DNA of 64,000 bases from Vallitalea sp. (lineage in GTDB: Bacteria > Bacillota > Clostridia > Lachnospirales > Vallitaleaceae), in NCBI GenBank assembly GCA_025210235.1, contig JAOASG010000034.1, positions 63,922 to 127,921 on the forward strand, read 5' to 3'. A model generated the notes under the pieces. That model saw only the letters and a program-made list of their open reading frames with translations, searched no databases and was not told the origin of the DNA. A program made the translations under genes and the position numbers. Below are positions 31,351 to 40,745 of this stretch, one piece after another (positions within the stretch are counted from its first letter, which is position 1; each line of letters begins with the position of its first letter).

Positions 31351-31370
31351 GGGGCTATTTTAAAAGCCCC
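31351..31370. terminator. bidirectional terminator hairpin between convergent genes
   Basis: GGGGCT-attttaaa-AGCCCC, A/T-flanked on both sides. It sits between the AraC (+) and SPFH (-) stop codons. Confidence 0.55.
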
Positions 31371-31445
31371 TAAAAGTATATTGAAATAATTACTATATAA
31401 AAGTCTAACATTCTATAGAAGAAGTGAACGAAGAATTTATTTGCA

Positions 31446-32573
31446 CTAAAAAAGTTCATTTAACCTTTCTAAAACATTACCGCCTCCATTAAGTGAAATA
31501 TTACCTACTTTCTCACATATTTTTTCAATATGTTCTAGTTCTTTGAGTTTGTATAAAGTCTTGTTTTCGTCCATAAGCTTTGCTGTGTTTAATAGGCTTC
31601 TAGTAGATGCAATTTCTTCTCGTCTTGTTATAACATTAGCTTGAGCTTTTTTCTCTGCTAATAAAACAGTATTAAGTATATCTTTTATTTCACCTGGGAG
31701 AATAACATCTTTTATGCCAGCATAAATAAATTCAATACCCATCTCGGATTCTTTTTCTTTTAATTTAGATAGGACATAATATCCAATTTCTTGTTTCATT
31801 TTTAATAAATCATCTAGTCTTATTGTACCTATATATTCACGTAGTATAAGTTGTATAAGGATATATACTTGTTTTACATAATTTTTTATTTCAAGTGTTA
31901 CTTTTAGAACATCTGTAACTTTGTATTGACAGAAGAAGTTTAATCTAAGGGTTACTTTATCAGCTGTCATAATCTCTTGGCCACAGATATCTAATTGATT
32001 TTGTCTCATATCTATGTTTTCAGATGTAACATTAATATATTTAGTCCAATAAAAATATCTACCGGCATCAAGGATTTTTACAAAATTATTATTATAAAAT
32101 ATCACTGCTTTTTCATATGGGGCTACATACACTTCAGTAAATTTATCTCTTAATACCTGATTATATAGATTATTATCACTAAATAAATCTAATACAATAT
32201 CTTCACTAACTTCAGGTTCAGTCATATCTATTATTTTAAATTCGTTTTTCTTATGTATTTTCCAAAAGGCATATTTACCTGTTTCATATATGTTTGATAA
32301 TTTCCCATTTATGTAATGTAAAACTAATTCGTTATCTTTGACATCTATAATATCTAGTTCACTTAATAACTTATCATCATCCATTAATATATCTAGGTCA
32401 AAGTTAACATCAAAACGTTGATTAGTTATATCTAGAATAACAACTTTATAATTTAGAAAGGATAAAAATGAATATTTGCCTGGGTCAAGGGACTTAACAT
32501 AATCTCCATTTTTAAATAAAAGACCTCTTTCAGTTTTTTTAATATAATATTTCATTGTAAAATCTCCTTCCAC
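31446..32573 (-). CDS. SPFH/band-7 (stomatin/flotillin-like) domain protein with N-terminal non-membrane extension
   Basis: 375 aa. The C-terminal half has band-7 features (…IEFIYAGIKDVILPGEIKDILNTVLLAEKKAQANVITRREEIA…). No N-terminal TM helix. Confidence 0.6.
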   Translation of the reverse strand: MEGDFTMKYYIKKTERGLLFKNGDYVKSLDPGKYSFLSFLNYKVVILDITNQRFDVNFDLDILMDDDKLLSELDIIDVKDNELVLHYINGKLSNIYETGKYAFWKIHKKNEFKIIDMTEPEVSEDIVLDLFSDNNLYNQVLRDKFTEVYVAPYEKAVIFYNNNFVKILDAGRYFYWTKYINVTSENIDMRQNQLDICGQEIMTADKVTLRLNFFCQYKVTDVLKVTLEIKNYVKQVYILIQLILREYIGTIRLDDLLKMKQEIGYYVLSKLKEKESEMGIEFIYAGIKDVILPGEIKDILNTVLLAEKKAQANVITRREEIASTRSLLNTAKLMDENKTLYKLKELEHIEKICEKVGNISLNGGGNVLERLNELF

Positions 32574-32620
32574 ATAAGTAATTTTAATTACCTAGTAACT
32601 TAAAACATGAATAATAATTA

Positions 32621-32683
32621 CTCAAACTTCAATCTTTGACTTTTAGTTTGCTTCACAGAAATTTATGAAGTGCTAAGTCTGAG
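32621..32683 (-). repeat. shortened (~63 bp) copy of the glmS-leader TIR element, in the 5' leader of the SPFH gene
   Basis: 32621-32650 is the reverse complement of the right arm (16693-16722). 32647-32690 is the reverse complement of the left arm (16565-16604), with about 40/44 identity. The central ~90 nt are absent. Confidence 0.55.
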
Positions 32684-33027
32684 ATAATGAGTCTAATTCC
32701 TCCAAACCAAGTGCGGGGTTAATGTTTAGTATGGAATATTTTATACCGAATATAATTAACGTAACTATTAACATAACAAGATGTTACATTAAATTATACG
32801 ATAATATTGGATATAATTTATTCTAAACGGTATCCCAATAACCTCAAAGCACTTGATTTGTTAAACTTAAAAACTTGTTATATGGTATCTTGAAAATCAA
32901 GATACTTATAATAGTTTTTTGTACATAGAATTAGACAAATTAAAATTATAATAGGGCAACGTGACAGGTTGCATTTTCATAGGGATTTGAACCCCGAACA
33001 TTATTTTTAATGTTTTAACCATCAACA

Positions 33028-33070
33028 GCTCAAATTTGAGCTAAGAGAGGACCTTAACCTCTTTTTTTTT
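33028..33070 (+). terminator. tandem hairpins plus U-tract (GCTCAAATTTGAGC; AAGAGAGG-accttaa-CCTCTTTTTTTTT)
   Basis: A perfect 14-nt palindrome is followed by a 5-8 bp GC stem and a T9 run. There is no upstream + strand CDS, which suggests an orphan terminator or sRNA 3' end. Confidence 0.5.
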
Positions 33071-33340
33071 GTACTTCTCGGCATACCTGATAGAGAACTC
33101 TTAGGCACCGCAAGACATCAAAAGTCTTAGCATAGAAAAGTTACAAATGACATCGTCATGAACCATATGTTACCATTTAACCTATAATTTATCATTAAAA
33201 AAAAGTTGCGAACTTAATTAGTATTACTTTAATATTAAATTTATAAATTGACATAGTTTTTCTATAATGATAGTATTTTTCTTGAACACATTAAGTTTTT
33301 CTTTAATCGGAAAGTTATACGAAAAGGGTAGGTAATAGAT

Positions 33341-34612
33341 ATGACTAGCTTTAATGAGTTAATAAAAAATTATGAAAAGATAAGAGATTATTTAAGAGAC
33401 TTTCATATATATGGTTATAAATGTCGTAATGATTTTGATTCAAAAAGTGGTAGAAGTTATGATAATGAGAGAAGAAGAATTGAAAATTATTTGTCAGGAT
33501 ATATAGGACATGAAAATTCAATAAGAGGTAAAAAGTTATTTATAACAGCGGATACTATTGATTTAGAGGAAAATCCACTTTTTGTAACTTGGATGACAAA
33601 AACTTTTACTAAGAATGATGTAATGTTACATTTTATTATATTGGATATTCTAAATATTAATGATGGAATAACATTAAATGAGATTATAGATATTATAGTT
33701 AATGAATATCTAAGTAGATTTGAAGAGATTAAGATACCAGATAATATGACTATAAGAAATAAACTGAAAGAGCTTGAAAATATAGGATTTCTACATAGTA
33801 TTAAAAATGGTAAAGCATTACATTACTATATTAGTAAACAAGAAATTTATTTATTATCAAGAGAAATAATTAATAAACTCCTTCATACATGTGGTTATTA
33901 TCAAAATGTTTTCCCAGCTGGAGTTCTAGGAAATTTTATACGGTATAGAGTAGATAGTTCTATTGTTAAAGAACCTTTATTCTCATTTCGTCATATTTAC
34001 TTAGCTCACACATTAGATGATGAGATTTTGCTTAATATTCTAATAGCTATTGGTGAACATAGAAATATTGAGTTTAAACATGCTAATAAAAGAAATAGTA
34101 AAGTAAAAATAAGAGCTTTACCTTTAAAAATATTAGATAATGTTAGTAGTGGTAGAAGGTATCTTGCGGCTTATGATAATAAGAATAATTGTTTCGTAAC
34201 ATATAGAATAGATAACATAAAAGAAGTCATAGTTAAGGATATATGTGATGGTTATGATGAGTATGTAAAAAACCTAGTAGAGATTTTAAACAAAAGTTGG
34301 GGCGTTACTATATCTAATAAAAAAAATTTAGAAAAACTAGAAGTAACTTTGATTATTAATAATAATGAAGATTACATATTAAAAAGAATTAATAGAGAAG
34401 GTAAACATGGTACTATAGAGAAGATTGGAGAAAATACTTATCTATATACAATTGAAGTTATTGATTCTAATGAAATGGTACCTTGGCTTAGGACATTAAT
34501 AGGGAGAATAATTTCGTTTAAGTGTACTAATAAAATAGTAGAAGAAAAATTTATAAGAGATATTGATGTAATGTATGAAATGTATAGGGGGGTAGGGCAT
34601 GAACCTTTTTAG
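33341..34612 (+). CDS. WYL-domain transcriptional regulator (wHTH + WYL)
   Basis: 423 aa. HTH-like region (…ITLNEIIDIIVNEYLSRFEEI…NKLKELENIGFLHS…). WYL-domain pattern IKIRALPLKILDNVSSGRRYLAAYDNKNNCFVTYRIDNIKEV. Confidence 0.55.
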   Translation: MTSFNELIKNYEKIRDYLRDFHIYGYKCRNDFDSKSGRSYDNERRRIENYLSGYIGHENSIRGKKLFITADTIDLEENPLFVTWMTKTFTKNDVMLHFIILDILNINDGITLNEIIDIIVNEYLSRFEEIKIPDNMTIRNKLKELENIGFLHSIKNGKALHYYISKQEIYLLSREIINKLLHTCGYYQNVFPAGVLGNFIRYRVDSSIVKEPLFSFRHIYLAHTLDDEILLNILIAIGEHRNIEFKHANKRNSKVKIRALPLKILDNVSSGRRYLAAYDNKNNCFVTYRIDNIKEVIVKDICDGYDEYVKNLVEILNKSWGVTISNKKNLEKLEVTLIINNNEDYILKRINREGKHGTIEKIGENTYLYTIEVIDSNEMVPWLRTLIGRIISFKCTNKIVEEKFIRDIDVMYEMYRGVGHEPF

Positions 34613-35591
34613 TGAAGTATATGGAAAGTATTATCAATTGATAAGCCAGATATTAAATGAAGCTCAAAATAAATCTATTTCAATAGAATATATATATGAA
34701 ATAATAAGAGAGCAAGGTTTTGAAGATACTCTTATAACTCTAGCGCCTAGAATTATAAATAATGATAAAGATAGTTATAATCTATTAAATAGAAATTCAA
34801 AAGGTTATCAATCTATATTAAGTAAAGAACCTTCGGTTTTATTAACTACACTAGAATTAAGATGGATAAAAACATTACTTATGGATAAGCGAATACAATT
34901 GTTTTTAAATGAAGAGGAATTAATGTTATTAAAGGAACAATTGATAGATGTAAAGGAATTGTTTGACGAAGATACAATAGTGTACATAGGACAAGCAAAT
35001 GATGGAGATCCATATGATGATATTAATTACATTAAATATTTTAGACAACTATTATATGCTGTAAATAATAAGAAATGTTTAAATATAACATACTATAATT
35101 CAGAGGGTATTAGAAGATGTGCTACTTACGCAGGATATAGAATAGAATACTCAGTAAAAGATGATAAATTTCGTTTGAACGCAGTTCTTATTAAGAGGGG
35201 TAAAATAATTTATCATAGTAAGATTAATGTGGCGAGAATAATTAATGCCCAGATTATAGAATCAGCTAATTATCCATCAGATATATCTGAATACATATAT
35301 GCTCATAAAATGCCCGAACCAATAGAAGTCATAGTAAATAATGAAAGAAATGGTTTTGAACGAGTCTTTGTCCATCTTTCAAACTATGAAAGAAATGCAG
35401 AATATCATGAAGAAACAAATACTTGCAAAGTTAAAATATATTACTATGATTTTGATGAAACAGAACTATTAATACAGCTTTTATCATATGGACCTATTCT
35501 AAAAGTGGTGGGACCAGAAGAATTTAAGAAAAAAGTAGTAGATAGGATTGATAGACAGAAGAAACTATGGAGAACATATTGTTCCTCATAG
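34599..35591 (+). CDS. WYL-domain protein, paralogous partner
   Basis: 330 aa, overlapping the previous gene by 14 bp. WYL-like stretch CLNITYYNSEGIRRCATYAGYRIEYSVKDDKFRLNAVLI…NVARIINAQI. Confidence 0.5.
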   Translation: MNLFSEVYGKYYQLISQILNEAQNKSISIEYIYEIIREQGFEDTLITLAPRIINNDKDSYNLLNRNSKGYQSILSKEPSVLLTTLELRWIKTLLMDKRIQLFLNEEELMLLKEQLIDVKELFDEDTIVYIGQANDGDPYDDINYIKYFRQLLYAVNNKKCLNITYYNSEGIRRCATYAGYRIEYSVKDDKFRLNAVLIKRGKIIYHSKINVARIINAQIIESANYPSDISEYIYAHKMPEPIEVIVNNERNGFERVFVHLSNYERNAEYHEETNTCKVKIYYYDFDETELLIQLLSYGPILKVVGPEEFKKKVVDRIDRQKKLWRTYCSS

Positions 35592-35759
35592 TTTTTATTT
35601 TTAATACTTTCCAATATTATTAATATAAATCAAATAATTTTATATTTTTTTGAATTAGTTAAAAGTGTATATTTATAATCAAGGACTGTGATACAATATA
35701 ATCTATATTAATTGTTATATTGTGAACAGATTTCTAAATAAATAAAAGGAGACGGTTAT

Positions 35760-37097
35760 ATGCAAAAGAAATTTGTATCATTATTATTAGTAATACTATT
35801 AGTGTCCATAAGTATAATTGGATGTGGAGAAAAAAATACAAACAGCGATACTCCTACGTCTAAAGATAACACTGAAAAACCTAATAATGAAGTTGCTAAG
35901 AAAAAACAGGAGAAAATTATAATTGATATTTTCCCAGATTTATGGCCTGACAAAATGATGAAAAGCTTAGAAGCAGCTGGATTAGCTGATATGGTTGAAT
36001 TTAGAGAAACACCTCAAAATCAATATGAAAGTAAAATAAGAATGATGATTGCAGGTGGAGAAATTGGAGATTTAATATGTATTGATGCACCTAACATTGC
36101 GTATTATGCAAATATGGGGTCTCTTGAAGCATTAGATGATTATTGGGATCAGTCAGATTTTGATGATTTAGTTCCTTCAGCTCAAACAGCTATGCAATAT
36201 AATGGTAGTAAGTGGGCAGCACCATTAAATGAATCTAGTGTGGTTTTATATTATAATAAAGAAATGTTTGAAGAAGCAGGAATTACACCTGCAAAAACAT
36301 TAGAAGAGTCATGGACTTTTGACCAAGTTTTAGACGCTGCAAAAAAATTAACTAAGAAAGATGATAGTGGTAATATAATTAGATATGGAATTCTTCCAAC
36401 AATGTTTACACCAAATAATCGTAACGAAGGTATGACATATACACAAATGATGTGGTCATGGTGGGCTGGAGCAGATATTATTAGTCCAGATGGAACAACT
36501 GTAGAGGGATATTTTAATAGTGAAGCTAATAAAGAAGCTCTTCAATTCTTCTATGATCTTCATAATACATATAAAGTAGCTCCAACAGAAGACATGCAAA
36601 GTGCATTTGCAGGAGAAAAAGTAGCTATGTGGATTAATGGACCATGGATGACTAATGTATGGGAAGAAAATTTCCCTGATTTTGTAGATAAATGGGGAGC
36701 GATGCCATTACCTCACAATAAAGCAAAAGTTACTAATTCAGGTAGCTGGAATATAGCTATTACTAAACAGTGTAAGAACAAAGAATTAGCATATAAAGTA
36801 CTTGAAGCATTAACAAATGAAGAAGGAGCTAAGATTTATTGTAAAGAATCAAGAAATATACCTGCTAGAAAATCTATTTTAGAATCAGAACCAATGTTTA
36901 GTGAAGGACATTTATGGGAAATACTTAATGCACAAATAGTTAATTGGTCAAAAGCTAGACCAGTAACACCAGTATATCCTCAGATATCAGAAGCTTTAAT
37001 GGATTGTTACAATGCATTAGCATTTGGTCAAGACGTTGATTCGGCTATGAAGGAAGCTTCAGCAAAAATGGAGAAAGCTTTAAAATCTGTAAAATAA
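35760..37097 (+). CDS. ABC transporter extracellular solute-binding lipoprotein (sugar, family 1)
   Basis: 445 aa with a lipobox (…SIIGC) and the SBP_bac_1 pattern. Confidence 0.75.
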   Translation: MQKKFVSLLLVILLVSISIIGCGEKNTNSDTPTSKDNTEKPNNEVAKKKQEKIIIDIFPDLWPDKMMKSLEAAGLADMVEFRETPQNQYESKIRMMIAGGEIGDLICIDAPNIAYYANMGSLEALDDYWDQSDFDDLVPSAQTAMQYNGSKWAAPLNESSVVLYYNKEMFEEAGITPAKTLEESWTFDQVLDAAKKLTKKDDSGNIIRYGILPTMFTPNNRNEGMTYTQMMWSWWAGADIISPDGTTVEGYFNSEANKEALQFFYDLHNTYKVAPTEDMQSAFAGEKVAMWINGPWMTNVWEENFPDFVDKWGAMPLPHNKAKVTNSGSWNIAITKQCKNKELAYKVLEALTNEEGAKIYCKESRNIPARKSILESEPMFSEGHLWEILNAQIVNWSKARPVTPVYPQISEALMDCYNALAFGQDVDSAMKEASAKMEKALKSVK

Positions 37098-37256
37098 TTG
37101 CGGCATCTATAAAACTATTACAAAACTCTAATATTATAAGTAGTAATTATTTACAAGAATATAGTATAATTTGTAGAAAAATGTTATAATATATCCTATC
37201 TTGTTAGTTGTTTTTACATTTTATGAATAAAATTATATTAATAAGTAGGTGTAATA

Positions 37257-38966
37257 ATGAATAATAAAAGTAAGATAATACCCCTTAAAATAAAGTTGAT
37301 GATTGCATTTTCCATTGTTGTAATAATAAGTCTTCTTATTCAGGTAGGTATATCTTACTTTTTTTTATATGATGTTGTTGAAAAAAAGACAACAGAAAAT
37401 TATAAACAAACTATCATACAAGCTAATAGGAGAATTGATGAATCATTGTATTCATATGAAAAAATAACAAGAAATATTATTGCTAATAATATAATACAAG
37501 ATTGCTTAAGAAATATAATGAATGATGAATTCTCAGATGCCAATCTAAAAATAAAACAAGAATTGGCTAAAATAACTATATCAGATGAAAATATTAATTC
37601 TATACATATAGTTCCTAAAGATTACAAAACGATAAGTTATATATTTATGTCAAATTATGCAGATTACGATGCGAATAAAAAATTACCGTGGTTTAATAAA
37701 GTGAAAAACTCTACAGGAGAAGTAATATGGGGTAAAACAATGCCTATTAATAAAGTTATGATAGGAAATATTGAGACATATGTTTTTTCTGCAATTAGGA
37801 AGATAAATGATATCAACACGGGAAAAGAACTGGGAATTGTTATTGTTAATATTGATGCGAAACATCTTAAAAATATTATTGATGAAATAGAATTGGGAGA
37901 AAATGGAGATATATATTTAATTGATAATGAAAATACTATTGTATATTTTAAAAATCAGGATTTAATAGGGGAAAAGCTAGATATAGATTATGATAAAGAT
38001 AATATAGTTGTTTCTGACATTTCACTAAAAAGTAACTGGAAATTGATTGGAATAGTACCAAAAAATAGTTATAGAAAAGAAATTGAACAATTTAATAGAA
38101 TATTTTTGTGCTTTTCTATAATTGCAATATTAACTATTATAATTTTTTCCGTAATTATTTCTAAAAGTATAGAGTCTCCAATTAATAATTTAATTGACGC
38201 TATGAAACAAGTTCAAAAAGGCAATCTAAATGTAAATATAATAAAAAAGCAGAAAAATGAAATAGGAATATTAGCAAATCATTTTGAAGAAATGATTGAT
38301 GAACTTAAATATTTCATTGATAAAGTATATAAACAAGAAATTATTAACAGGGAAGCAGAAATAAAAGCTTTACATGCTCAGCTAAATCCACATTTTTTAT
38401 ATAATACTCTAGATACAATATATTGGATGCTTATAATAAAAGAAGAAGAGGAAATTGGAGATTTAGTTGTAGCATTAGCAAATATATTAAGGTATTCAAT
38501 AAGTAGAGGAGAAGAGTTTGTTACTATAAAAGAAGATATTGAGCAATTAAGAAATTATCTTTATATACAAAAAACTAGATTTGAGGATAAATTAATTGTT
38601 GATATAGATATTTCAAATTGTATAGATGACTATACGATCCCCAAATTACTTTTACAACCATTAGTTGAAAATTCAATAAATCATGGATTCAAAAAAATGA
38701 AAATCAACGGTAAAATCCACATAAAAGGATATATTGACAATAATGAAATTATATTTGAAGTTATAGATAATGGTATAGGAATGTCGCATGAAAAAATTAA
38801 AAATATATTTAATGGTAAGTTAAAAGTAGATAATAAACATACGGGATTAGGTTTAAAAGCTGTTGACGAAAGAATTAAAATTATATATGGATGTCAGTAT
38901 GGATTAAATATAAGTAGTGTACCTAATGAATATACACATGTTAAGGTAACACTTCCTATTAAATAG
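37257..38966 (+). CDS. two-component sensor histidine kinase (YesM-like)
   Basis: 569 aa with two TM helices, a HAMP domain, a His_kinase region (LHAQLNPHFLYNTL) and a HATPase_c domain. Confidence 0.8.
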   Translation: MNNKSKIIPLKIKLMIAFSIVVIISLLIQVGISYFFLYDVVEKKTTENYKQTIIQANRRIDESLYSYEKITRNIIANNIIQDCLRNIMNDEFSDANLKIKQELAKITISDENINSIHIVPKDYKTISYIFMSNYADYDANKKLPWFNKVKNSTGEVIWGKTMPINKVMIGNIETYVFSAIRKINDINTGKELGIVIVNIDAKHLKNIIDEIELGENGDIYLIDNENTIVYFKNQDLIGEKLDIDYDKDNIVVSDISLKSNWKLIGIVPKNSYRKEIEQFNRIFLCFSIIAILTIIIFSVIISKSIESPINNLIDAMKQVQKGNLNVNIIKKQKNEIGILANHFEEMIDELKYFIDKVYKQEIINREAEIKALHAQLNPHFLYNTLDTIYWMLIIKEEEEIGDLVVALANILRYSISRGEEFVTIKEDIEQLRNYLYIQKTRFEDKLIVDIDISNCIDDYTIPKLLLQPLVENSINHGFKKMKINGKIHIKGYIDNNEIIFEVIDNGIGMSHEKIKNIFNGKLKVDNKHTGLGLKAVDERIKIIYGCQYGLNISSVPNEYTHVKVTLPIK

Positions 38967-38980
38967 AGGGGTGAGTTATT

Positions 38981-40534
38981 ATTCTAAGAGTAGTATTAGT
39001 TGACGATGAAAATATTGTTTTAAAAGGTATGCAACACGTATTAAGAAAACTAGATAACGTGTGTGAAGTAGTAGGTGTAGCTAATGGAGGGAAAATAGCT
39101 TTAGAAATGATTGAACGTCTTGCTCCTGATGTAGTTATAACAGATGTTAAAATGCCTGATATTGACGGTATAGAGTTAACAAAAACTGTCATGGAAAAAA
39201 AACCTAATACATATATTATAATTCTAAGCGGACATGCAGATTTTCAATTTGCTAGAGATGCTCTTAGATATGGAGCTTATGATTATTTATTAAAACCATG
39301 TAAATTTAGAGAAATAACAAATATTTTAGAAAAGATTAATATTGAAGTAGATATGAAAAAAAATAGTAATAGTAATCAAAATGAATTAAAAACCAAATTA
39401 GAATATAGTAAAAGAGAAAATACAAAAGGAAAACTTCTTAATTATTTGCTAAATGATAAGTCTATTGATAATATAGAAATTAATATTCCTAGAGTTAGGA
39501 TAATTACGTTTAGATATAATGATTATTATATTAATAAAGATAATATTAACGAGATATTAAAAAAACTACTATTTGATAAGATAAGCTCTAATCATATAGT
39601 TGAAATATTAGAGTATAATAATCAATTCATTATAATAATAAATGAAACATGCGATATGAATTTACTGATTAAATTATTATCTATGGTAAAACTTGAATTG
39701 ACTAAAAAAGGTTCGTGGATATGTGCTGGAATAAGTGACGTATATTATTCATTAGATGGACTAAAGGAAGGTTATAAAGAGAGTTATTCAATATTAGAAT
39801 TTCTATTATTTAATGAGATATATGAAATCCTTCAAAAAAGTGAAATTGATAGTAAGTATTATAACTATATAAGTTCATTTAATGATAATTTTATTGAGGA
39901 AGATAAAATTATTAAAATGCTGTTTATAGGAAATACGAATAAATTAGAAAAGTATTTAAATCAAGTAATAAGAAAGATATTTAGTAATAATAAAGTATAT
40001 AATACATATGAGTTCAAATCACGTATAAAAAAGATGATGATAATTGTCGAGAAAAAATTAACTCAAAATGATATAGATATGAGATCAATATTTAATCGAT
40101 CGATAGAATGCATATTTGAAATTGAAAGAATAAATAGTTATAAACAACTATTGAATTGGGTAAAAAATATGCTTTTAACAATAAGTAACTATATAGAAGA
40201 AAAAAAGAATCAATATCCTAAACCAATACAAGAAGCAGTTAAATATATTGATAGTAATTATAACAAAGATATTTCAATGAAATTAATAGCTGACATTGTT
40301 TTTTTAAATCCTAGTTATTTTAGCGAATTATTTAAGGAGACAATAGGTATTCCTTTTTCCGACTATATTACTCAACTAAGAATAGATAAGGCTAAAGAAC
40401 TTTTAAGCACTACACATTTTACTAATTACCAAATTGCAGAAAAAGTAGGATTCAAAAATGCAACATATTTTAATGTAGTATTTAAAAAAATAGAAGGTGT
40501 AACTCCCAAGAATTATAGAAAATTATTAGGATAA
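38981..40534 (+). CDS. two-component response regulator, CheY receiver + AraC-type HTH (YesN-like)
   Basis: The receiver domain begins upstream of the first ATG (…ILRVVLVDDENIVLKGMQHV…). A GAGGGG RBS lies at 38966-38971. The likely start is a non-ATG codon near 38978-38990. The AraC HTH is at the C-terminus. Confidence 0.7.
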   Translation: MLRVVLVDDENIVLKGMQHVLRKLDNVCEVVGVANGGKIALEMIERLAPDVVITDVKMPDIDGIELTKTVMEKKPNTYIIILSGHADFQFARDALRYGAYDYLLKPCKFREITNILEKINIEVDMKKNSNSNQNELKTKLEYSKRENTKGKLLNYLLNDKSIDNIEINIPRVRIITFRYNDYYINKDNINEILKKLLFDKISSNHIVEILEYNNQFIIIINETCDMNLLIKLLSMVKLELTKKGSWICAGISDVYYSLDGLKEGYKESYSILEFLLFNEIYEILQKSEIDSKYYNYISSFNDNFIEEDKIIKMLFIGNTNKLEKYLNQVIRKIFSNNKVYNTYEFKSRIKKMMIIVEKKLTQNDIDMRSIFNRSIECIFEIERINSYKQLLNWVKNMLLTISNYIEEKKNQYPKPIQEAVKYIDSNYNKDISMKLIADIVFLNPSYFSELFKETIGIPFSDYITQLRIDKAKELLSTTHFTNYQIAEKVGFKNATYFNVVFKKIEGVTPKNYRKLLG

Positions 40535-40554
40535 TAAATTCCTATCTTAGTGTT

Positions 40555-40590
40555 TAAAAAAGCTTGCTAATTACGGTGAGCTTTTTTAAT
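40555..40590 (+). terminator. rho-independent terminator after response regulator
   Basis: AAAAAAGCT with a 13-nt loop and AGCTTTTTT. Confidence 0.55.
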
Positions 40591-40745
40591 ACCCAATAAT
40601 ATTTAAAGAAAACTAATGGTTATTTATTTATCTAGTATTCAAAAAGATATATATTATTATCAACGGATACATCTTTTATGGATGAATGAAAATATTGCTA
40701 TTAAAAATACATGTAGCAAAGATTTTAAAAAGAAGGAGGAGAATA

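Noticed and set aside
32940-33000. tRNA gene on the minus strand (GGGGTTCAAATCCCT T-arm)
   Set aside because: Only a T-arm-like stem-loop can be folded. No acceptor stem, D-arm or anticodon arm are present. It is reported as a remnant, not as a tRNA.
18595-35759. Integrase, recombinase, transposase or Tn7-like tns genes expected at a glmS-adjacent island
   Set aside because: No ORF in the stretch shows tyrosine/serine recombinase, DDE or TnsABC features. The island is reported as eroded rather than as an intact mobile element.
40616-40745. N-terminal 43-aa extension of the first CUT1 permease as given in the ORF track
   Set aside because: The extension is non-hydrophobic and has no RBS. A strong RBS (AAGGAGGAG) precedes the internal Met at 40746, which is taken as the start.
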